A stretch of DNA of 64,000 nucleotides from contig CAZGKV010000005.1 in NCBI GenBank assembly GCA_964526305.1, positions 41,546 to 105,545 of the forward strand, read 5' to 3'. Of the stretch, positions 29,342 through 36,349 are shown piece after piece (position 1 is the stretch's first letter; every line of letters starts with the position of its first letter). The notes below the pieces were generated by a model that was given only the letters and a program-made list of their open reading frames with translations, was not told the origin of the DNA and did not search any database. The DNA is from an uncultured Planctomycetales bacterium (GTDB taxonomy: Bacteria; Planctomycetota; MHYJ01; JACPRB01). A program made the translations under genes and the position numbers.

Positions 29342-30679
29342 ATGCCCATCCCCAAACGCGAATCGACTCAGATCCTCTCCGCCCTCGCCGCGGGAGTCGT
29401 CCCGCGCGTAGGGCTCTCCCACGTCGCCGTCGGGCGCCTCCCCGAGATCGCGGCCCTGAAGCAGGACCTGGAGGCCGTCGGCGCAGGCGGCGCGGCGATG
29501 CGCTTCATCGTCGGGCGCTACGGGTGCGGGAAGAGCTTTCTGCTCCACCTCGTCCGCACCGTCGCCTTCGATCACAAGTTCGTGGTGGCCGACGCGGACT
29601 TCACGCCGGAGCGGAAGCTCTATGCGACCGACGGGCAAGCCGTCGGGATCTACCGCGAGCTCATGAAGAACCTCTCGACGAAGACGATGCCGACGGGAAA
29701 CGCGCTCCCGGCGATCCTCGAACGATGGATCTCGGACGTTCAGGCAACGCTCGCGACTACCGGACAGGCGCCGGAGCCCCAAGCCGTGGAGTCGAAGATC
29801 GTCGAGACCGCCAATGCCATGCACGAGCTGGTCCACGGGTACGACTTCGGCGTCGTCCTGCGGAGCTACTATCGCGGCTACCTCGAAGGCAAGGAGGAAC
29901 TTAAGCGGGAGGCCCTCCGGTGGCTGCGGGGGGAATTCTCGACCAAGACCGAGGCGCGCGAGAAGCTCGGCGTCCGCGTGATCGTGGACGACGACAACTA
30001 CTACGACTATCTCAAGGTGATGGGGCGCTTCGTCCACGACATCGGATACGCGGGGCTGCTCGTCAATCTCGACGAGGGCGTAAACCTCTACAAGATCACC
30101 CACGCGAACTCGCGGTCCCGGAACTACGAGAAAGTTCTCTCCATTCTCAATGACTGTCTCCAAGGCGGGGCGTCGCACCTCGGATTCCTGATGAGCGGAA
30201 CCCCGGAATTCCTCGAGGACACCCGCCGAGGGCTCTACAGCTACGAGGCGCTTCGGTCCCGCCTCTCGTCGAACCGGTTCGAGAAGGAGGGGATGCGCGA
30301 TCTCTCGGGCCCGGTGGTCCGGCTGACGACGCTGACGAACGAGGAGGTCTTCGTCCTCCTGACGAAGATCCGCGACGTCCACGTCCAGCACCACGGGACG
30401 CCGAAGCCGCTCGAGGATGCCGCGCTCCAGCGATTCATGGAGCTTTCCCTGCAGCGCCTGGGGGCGAAGGAATTCCAGACTCCGCGCGACGTGGTGCGCG
30501 ATTTCGTGAATCTCCTGAATCTGCTCCAGCAGTATCCGGACAAGAAGTGGGAGGATCTCCTGGGGCAGGTGCCGCCGGCCGCCCCTCCTACGTCGTCGGA
30601 AGCGAGCCCGGCACCGCCCGAAGAACCCGCGATTCCGGCCGCGGATCCGATGGAGCGCTTCAAGAACTTCCAAGTGTGA
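29342..30679 (+). CDS. DUF2791/BrxD-like P-loop ATPase (Shango SngB-like)
   Basis: LAAGVVPRVGL, GRYGCGKS Walker A, LLVNLDEG Walker B, GLYSYEALRSRL, TPRDVVRDF. Confidence 0.88.
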   Translation: MPIPKRESTQILSALAAGVVPRVGLSHVAVGRLPEIAALKQDLEAVGAGGAAMRFIVGRYGCGKSFLLHLVRTVAFDHKFVVADADFTPERKLYATDGQAVGIYRELMKNLSTKTMPTGNALPAILERWISDVQATLATTGQAPEPQAVESKIVETANAMHELVHGYDFGVVLRSYYRGYLEGKEELKREALRWLRGEFSTKTEAREKLGVRVIVDDDNYYDYLKVMGRFVHDIGYAGLLVNLDEGVNLYKITHANSRSRNYEKVLSILNDCLQGGASHLGFLMSGTPEFLEDTRRGLYSYEALRSRLSSNRFEKEGMRDLSGPVVRLTTLTNEEVFVLLTKIRDVHVQHHGTPKPLEDAALQRFMELSLQRLGAKEFQTPRDVVRDFVNLLNLLQQYPDKKWEDLLGQVPPAAPPTSSEASPAPPEEPAIPAADPMERFKNFQV

Positions 30680-30739
30680 TTTTGGGAATCTTCCGGCTTC
30701 TTCCGTCGTAGTATTAGACATCGATTTGGAGGGTGCGGA

Positions 30740-31228
30740 ATGCATGCGATGATGTTGGCGGCAGCGATGGCCGTCTCCGGGGCCCAGGCGCCCGCGGACG
30801 ACGAACCCACCTATACCGTCGTCGTTCAAGTCGACGGGATCTGAGGGCTTTCCTGAATCGAGGCCATTGCGAACGGCCTCGGATCCCTGGAAGGGGTCAA
30901 GGTGGACGCCGCGCACGACGGAAAGAAAAATCTGTTCAAGCTCTCGGTGAAGGAGAAGCAGGCGCTTACTCCGCTCAAGATTAAGGCCGCGGTGCCCGAG
31001 GGGTACGACTACAAGGGGGCCACGGTCACTATCACCGGAACAGTCTCGAAGGAAGGAGAGGAGTACTCCTTCAAGGCGCGGGGCTCCGGCCAAATCTTCA
31101 CGCTCAAGCCGAACGAGGCCGTGAAAAACGGCGCCGGCAAGGTATGGACGATCACGGGAAAGTGGTCGCAAGCCCAGGAGAAGAAGCCCGCGGTCATCGA
31201 GGTGACTTCGGCCAAAGAACCCAAGTAG
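30740..31228 (+). CDS. Exported HMA-like putative selenoprotein with two Sec (VDGI-U-GLS-U-IEAI), 162 aa
   Basis: GGAGG RBS, ATG 30740 and a signal peptide. In-frame TGA at 30842-30844 and 30854-30856 sit at the Cys positions of an HMA G-x-C-xxx-C loop. The frame continues into ORF-track 30902-31228. Confidence 0.75.
30857..30898 (+). promoter_or_regulatory. Candidate bacterial SECIS hairpin(s)
   Basis: cgaggcc/ggcctcg 7-bp stem (30859-30881) and a second gatccc/ggggtc stem (30882-30898) directly after the two UGAs. Confidence 0.55.
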
Positions 31229-31236
31229 TTCTTCGG

Positions 31237-31271
31237 AATCCTCCGAGGCGCGAGTCTCGGAGGATTTTTTT
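31237..31271 (+). terminator. Rho-independent terminator
   Basis: aatcctccgag/ctcggaggatt perfect 11-bp stem running into a T7 tract, 8 nt after the TAG. Confidence 0.85.
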
Positions 31272-31724
31272 CTAGACGGGGTGGACGGGATCTCCGGCGC
31301 GGATCCGGCCGGTAACCAATATCTCCGCGCGCAAACCGCCGCGATGGGTGAGGGCCTGCTGGACCCCGGGGACCGTCAACCGCTCCAGAGTGCCGCAGGG
31401 CTCGCAGAGCTTGATTCCCCGAAGGCGCGCTTCCCCGACCAAGAACTCGCGATCCACCAGATGGTTCAAGGGCACGCCTTCCGTGAGGATGTTTCGGCGG
31501 GATCGGAGCCCGGTAACCTCAATTCGATAGTCGCGGCGGATCGCCTCGAGCGCCTCCGATTCGATGAGCGTGACTTGCTTGGGGGGCGGCTTCTTCGGGA
31601 GGTGGAAGTAGCGATCCCCCTCGAGCCCTAATCCCTCCACGGCCACGACTTCCGAGACCGCCACGGGATCGGACCCCTTCGCGGGAGCGATGTGGATAGA
31701 GAGAACGCGACCGCTCCAAGTCAT
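31272..31724 (-). CDS. MOSC domain protein
   Basis: GLGLEGDRY, RQ-like VTLIESE, SRRNILTEG, LCEPC, RGGLRAEILVTGRIRAGD. Confidence 0.85.
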   Translation of the reverse strand: MTWSGRVLSIHIAPAKGSDPVAVSEVVAVEGLGLEGDRYFHLPKKPPPKQVTLIESEALEAIRRDYRIEVTGLRSRRNILTEGVPLNHLVDREFLVGEARLRGIKLCEPCGTLERLTVPGVQQALTHRGGLRAEILVTGRIRAGDPVHPV

Positions 31725-31753
31725 GGCGCGGCATGATACTCTTAGGGGAACGA

Positions 31754-33850
31754 ATGGTCGAACCCTTTGAGCGACTCGCCCCGTTTCTCCGCGAATTCGC
31801 GTGGACATCCGGATGGACCGCGCTTCGGCCGATGCAGGCCGCCGCGATCGAGGCGGTGCTCGACTCGGAGGACGACGTCCTCATCACCGCCGCGACCGCG
31901 GGAGGAAAGACGGAGGCGGCCTTTCTCCCGATCCTCTCGATCGTCCACGAGAGACCCGCTTCGTCGGTCCAGGCGCTCTATGTCGGTCCGCTCAAGGCGC
32001 TCATCAACAACCAATTCGAACGCCTCGAGGATCTGTGTCGGAAGGCGGAGATCCCCGTCACCAAGTGGCACGGGGACGCCGCGGACGGGGCGAAGGATCG
32101 ACTGGTGGAGGACCCGCGCGGGGTCCTCCAAATCACGCCCGAATCGATCGAGAGTCTATTGGTGAACCGGACACGATATCTCGAAAGTCTCTTCTCCGGC
32201 TTGGAGTTCGTCGTCCTCGACGAGCTCCACACGTTCCTCGGATCCGATCGCGGCGGTCAACTTCGTTGCCAGCTCGAGAGACTTCGGAAGTACACCCAGC
32301 GACGCCCTCGGCGCCTCGGACTCTCCGCCACGCTCGGCGATCCGGAGCAGGCCAAGCGGTGGATGAATCGGGATCCGGCGCGCGTCCGTCACGTCGGCGC
32401 TCCGCCGGGAGTCCAGGAGGTGCGGTTCGATCTCGATCACTTCGAGGATCGAGACGCGATGGCGCGGGATCTGTTCGCGCTGACCCGAAATCGCAAGAGC
32501 CTCATTTTCTGCAACTCGCGAGGCGAGGTCGAGGAACTCACCGTGAAGCTCAACGGTCTCGGTCGAGCCGAGGGAATCGAAGACCGATACCTTCCGCATC
32601 ACGGGTCGGTCTCGAGGGCCGTGCGCGAGGATGCGGAGGCGCGGATGAAGGATCGGGAGCGTCCTTCGAGCGTGGTATGCACGAGCACCCTTGAACTCGG
32701 GATCGATGTGGGCCGGATCGACCTCGTGGGGCAGATCGACGCCACCCATACGGTCGCCGCGATGGTGCAGCGTCTGGGAAGGAGCGGTAGGCGCGCCGGG
32801 CAAGCGCAGACGATGAAGGTCTACGCGACCGAGCGGGAGTCCTGGCAGAGCATTCCGTTTTCGCTCCTGCAGGCCGTGGCGGTCGCCGAGTTGTGGCGCG
32901 AGAAATGGTGCGAGCCTGTCCGGGAGCCTCGCAAGGCCTACCACGTTCTATTCCAGCAGCTTGTGTCGCTGGCGACGGAGCGGAACGGTCTGCCGCCGGC
33001 GGAGCTCGTCGGACACTTCTTCCGGAGCGGGGACTGGCAGGGAATCGAGGCCGAAGACTACGAGCTTCTCCTCCGTCACCTCGTGAAGGAGGACCTCCTG
33101 CAGCAGATGTCCGACGGTACTCTCCTACCCGGTCTGGCGGGAGAGCGGGTCGTCCGAGCGTACGATTTCTATGCGATGTTTCAGACGCCCCCGGAGCTCG
33201 AGGTGCGGGCGGGCGACCGCACGATCGGCCGATTGGCGGCCTCGCTCAAGCCGGGAGCCTGCTTCATGCTGGCCGGGGGCGTGTGGCGCGTGGAGAGCAT
33301 GACGCGCGACGAACTTCGTGTCGTGCCCGCGTCCGAGGGGGAGCGTCCTGCGTTCCGCGGGGTCGGAGGCCCGTCGGTTCATCCGCGCGTTGCGGCCCGG
33401 GCGAGAGAAATCCTCTGCGGGACCTCGGAGGTTCCGTATCTCTCGGCCGGAGCGCAGCGGAGACTGACGGCCGCGAGGGCGACGGGGCGCGAATTGGGAA
33501 TGGACCGTCGGGTACTCTTCGAAGGCGGGATCCTCGTGCCCTGGCTCGGCTCCGACGCGATGGAGACTCTGGCGGAGCTCTTCGCCTGGGCCGGGCTCGG
33601 CGCGGATTCCTCCCGACCGCCATGGATTCTGGATCTTCGGGGAGACGTGGCGGAGGCCGCGAGGCGGATCGTCCGCGCGCCTCCGGCGGCCTCGGAATTG
33701 GCCGAACGAAGGGAACGCGAGACGCTGACTTCGAAGAAGTTCGACGAGTACCTTCCTACCGAGCTCCTGCGGAAGAGACATGCCGAGGACGAGCTCGACC
33801 TCGCGCCGGCTCTCGAGTTTCTCCGCTTGCTACTTTCGGATATCCGCTAG
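31754..33850 (+). CDS. Lhr-like DEAD/DEAH helicase (Shango SngC/BrxHI-like)
   Basis: AATAGGKTEAA, LDELH, LSAT, HHGS, TSTLELGIDVG, QRLGRSGRR. Confidence 0.9.
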   Translation: MVEPFERLAPFLREFAWTSGWTALRPMQAAAIEAVLDSEDDVLITAATAGGKTEAAFLPILSIVHERPASSVQALYVGPLKALINNQFERLEDLCRKAEIPVTKWHGDAADGAKDRLVEDPRGVLQITPESIESLLVNRTRYLESLFSGLEFVVLDELHTFLGSDRGGQLRCQLERLRKYTQRRPRRLGLSATLGDPEQAKRWMNRDPARVRHVGAPPGVQEVRFDLDHFEDRDAMARDLFALTRNRKSLIFCNSRGEVEELTVKLNGLGRAEGIEDRYLPHHGSVSRAVREDAEARMKDRERPSSVVCTSTLELGIDVGRIDLVGQIDATHTVAAMVQRLGRSGRRAGQAQTMKVYATERESWQSIPFSLLQAVAVAELWREKWCEPVREPRKAYHVLFQQLVSLATERNGLPPAELVGHFFRSGDWQGIEAEDYELLLRHLVKEDLLQQMSDGTLLPGLAGERVVRAYDFYAMFQTPPELEVRAGDRTIGRLAASLKPGACFMLAGGVWRVESMTRDELRVVPASEGERPAFRGVGGPSVHPRVAARAREILCGTSEVPYLSAGAQRRLTAARATGRELGMDRRVLFEGGILVPWLGSDAMETLAELFAWAGLGADSSRPPWILDLRGDVAEAARRIVRAPPAASELAERRERETLTSKKFDEYLPTELLRKRHAEDELDLAPALEFLRLLLSDIR

Positions 33851-35170
33851 CCACCTCTCGACTTGGGCTCGATGGGGCCAGCCGGGAGGGGCGACCTCCA
33901 AGGCCCGCTCGAAGTCGGCCGCTGCGCCCTGCTTGTCGCCGAGCTTCAGGCGCACTCCGGCCCGGTTGGCCAAGGTGTCCGGAGAGGAAGGGTCGAGATC
34001 GAGGGCGGCCGTGAAGTCGCGGATGGCTCCCTCCAGATCCCCGAGTTTAGACTTGGCGATGCCGCGGTAGAGGAGCGCTCCGAAATTTCTCGGCTGGATC
34101 GCGAGAGCTCGATCGAAGTCTGCGATCGCTTCCTGCACTCGGGCCAGTTGGAGAAGGGCCGAACCGCGTTCGACGAACACCTCGGCATCTCTCGGATGGA
34201 GTGCGATGGCTTGCGTAAAGTCTCTGATCGCCTCCTCGGTCCTTCCCAGGGCCTGGTAGACTCGAGCCCGAAGACGTAACGCCCGCGGCAGTTTCGGTTG
34301 AAGGCGGATAGCTTCTTCGGCGTCTCGAAGGGCGTGGTTCCACGCTTCCTTCGCGTCCAGTCTCCGGCTCTCTTGAAGTCGGGCCACCGCGATCCACGCC
34401 TTGCCGAGGCCCAGCCAGGCCTCGACTGAGCCTGGCTCTTTGGCGATGGCCGCGTCGAAGTCCGTCGTTGCCTTGGCCAGCGCGCTGGTCGGATCCGCGT
34501 CGAATCGGGCGGCGGCCAATCGGACATGCCCGCGCTCGACGAGCGAGGCGGCCGAGCCGTCCAGCTCCACGGCGCGACTCGCATCTTCGATCGCCCGCTC
34601 CAAGGCCTGCTTGGATTCCGCTCCGGAATCGCGCGCCAAGCGAGTCCAGTACCGGGCTCGCAGTCGGAAGGCGTTCGCCGATCTTGGGTTCAGGCGGATC
34701 GCGCCATCCAGATCGGGTCGGGCATCCTGACCCAGTTCGAATTTCAGTTCGGCGCGGAGTTCCCTGTGGGCCGACTCGTTGGGGGCGAGTTCGATGGCGC
34801 GGTCGGCGTCCGCCAGGGCTTTCTCCCCTTCCCCCAGCCCGGCGTACGCGCGGGCGCGCCCCGTGTAGGCTTGGGCTCGGTGGGGGTTCTCCGAGAGGCG
34901 TTTCGTGAAGTGCTCGAGGGCTCCGCGGAAATCGCCCGCCTGGAGCAACTCGAAGCCGCGGGCCAAGTCGTCGTTGGTTGCGAGGGATTCTCCGCACTGG
35001 GCGCAGAAACGGTCCTTCGGTTCCGCCGCAGTTCGGCACTTGGGACAGGAAGGCGGGGTGGACTTCTGCCCGCACTGGGTGCAGAACTTGGACCCCTCGC
35101 GCAGAGGGGAGCCGCAGCGGGTGCAGTCGTCCGCGAGGACCAGGAGGAGCGACACGAGGAGAGCGATCAC
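33830..35170 (-). CDS. Exported double zinc-ribbon plus TPR protein
   Basis: Signal peptide, CTRC..CTQC..CPKC..CAQC, then TPR repeats. Confidence 0.8.
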   Translation of the reverse strand: MIALLVSLLLVLADDCTRCGSPLREGSKFCTQCGQKSTPPSCPKCRTAAEPKDRFCAQCGESLATNDDLARGFELLQAGDFRGALEHFTKRLSENPHRAQAYTGRARAYAGLGEGEKALADADRAIELAPNESAHRELRAELKFELGQDARPDLDGAIRLNPRSANAFRLRARYWTRLARDSGAESKQALERAIEDASRAVELDGSAASLVERGHVRLAAARFDADPTSALAKATTDFDAAIAKEPGSVEAWLGLGKAWIAVARLQESRRLDAKEAWNHALRDAEEAIRLQPKLPRALRLRARVYQALGRTEEAIRDFTQAIALHPRDAEVFVERGSALLQLARVQEAIADFDRALAIQPRNFGALLYRGIAKSKLGDLEGAIRDFTAALDLDPSSPDTLANRAGVRLKLGDKQGAAADFERALEVAPPGWPHRAQVERWLADIRK

Positions 35171-36231
35171 GGTTCACCTCTCTTTCGTCGGGCTTCATCG
35201 CGGAGGGGGGCCAGCCGGGCTCGCAGTGGAGGGCGGAGTTCGATAGCCCGTGTCCAGTCGGCGATGGCCGGATCGTACCGCCGGAGGGCGAAGTAGGCGG
35301 CGCCGCGCGCCTCGAGGGCGTCGCCGTCGTTCGGGCGGAGCTCCAGGGCGCGACTCAGATCGTCGATCGCGAGGAGGGGCTCGGCGCCGGCGAGCCGCGC
35401 TCGTCCCCGTCCCACGAGGGCATCGGCGTGGTCGCGTCGGCGGTGAAGGACCTCGGAGTACTCGGCGACCGCGTCGGAGAAGCGGCCGAGCGAAATCAGG
35501 AGACGACCCCGTGCGAGGCGCGCCTCGGCGGATTCCGGCGCCAAACGCACGGCCTCGTTCGCGTCCTCTAAGGCTTCGGCGAAACGGCGCTGGGCGGCTC
35601 GGGCGCGAGCGCGAACCAGATGGGCGGGGGCGGTCTTGCGGATCGCGAGGGCGCGCCGAGCGGCCTCGGTCGCTTCCGCGAATTCACCTCGGAGAATACG
35701 GAGATCCGCAAGGCGAAGCCACAGCCCGACGTCCGCCGGGTCCAAGTCGAGCGCCTCCTGAAGGAAGAGGAGAGCGGCGTTCCGTTGAGGCACACCGTTC
35801 TCGCCTCGAAGGTCGGCCAGCCGAATGAGGGCGTCGGCGCGGGAGGCGCGCGCTCTCGTGCTCTTCGGATCCAGCCGAAGCGCCTGGGCGAAGTCCTCGA
35901 TGGCGGCGCGGAGATCGACTTCCTCCTGGGCGGCGAGAAGGTGGATCCGTCCCCGGTCGAGCCAGAAGGAGGCGCGGAAGCCATCGAGTTCGAGGGCGCG
36001 ATCCGCATCCAGGCGCGCTGCGGCGAGATCGCCCCGGGCGGCCCGGGCGCGCGCCCGCTTGGCCCACGCCTCGGCGTTCCGGGGGTCCCGCTCAATCGCC
36101 GCGCCGGCGTCCCGCTCCGCCTCCTCCGCGTCCCGGATGGGGGTACCGCACGAGGCGCAATACCGCGCCCCTTCTCGTGCCGATTCGCCGCACAAGGCGC
36201 ACTCCGACACGAGGAAGAATAGGAGAATCAC
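35167..36231 (-). CDS. Zinc-ribbon plus TPR protein
   Basis: Hydrophobic start, CALC..CASC, TPR repeats. GTGA overlap with the next gene. Confidence 0.8.
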   Translation of the reverse strand: MILLFFLVSECALCGESAREGARYCASCGTPIRDAEEAERDAGAAIERDPRNAEAWAKRARARAARGDLAAARLDADRALELDGFRASFWLDRGRIHLLAAQEEVDLRAAIEDFAQALRLDPKSTRARASRADALIRLADLRGENGVPQRNAALLFLQEALDLDPADVGLWLRLADLRILRGEFAEATEAARRALAIRKTAPAHLVRARARAAQRRFAEALEDANEAVRLAPESAEARLARGRLLISLGRFSDAVAEYSEVLHRRRDHADALVGRGRARLAGAEPLLAIDDLSRALELRPNDGDALEARGAAYFALRRYDPAIADWTRAIELRPPLRARLAPLRDEARRKRGEP

Positions 36232-36275
36232 GATTCCCGAATCATAGGGTACGGGGATCCTTGGATCAAGGAGAC

Positions 36276-36349
36276 CCGATGATATAGAAATAGCCAGGCT
36301 TCTTTTATATCATGATATAAAAGAAGCCTGGCTATTTCTATATCATCGG
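36276..36349. repeat. Perfect 74-bp spacerless palindrome, AT-rich
   Basis: 36276-36312 is the exact reverse complement of 36313-36349. Arms are 13/37 GC. Confidence 0.95.

Noticed and set aside
29342-33850. BREX type 2 (brxD/brxHI)
   Set aside because: No pglW, pglX, pglY or pglZ in the window. The TerB-domain partner fits Shango better.
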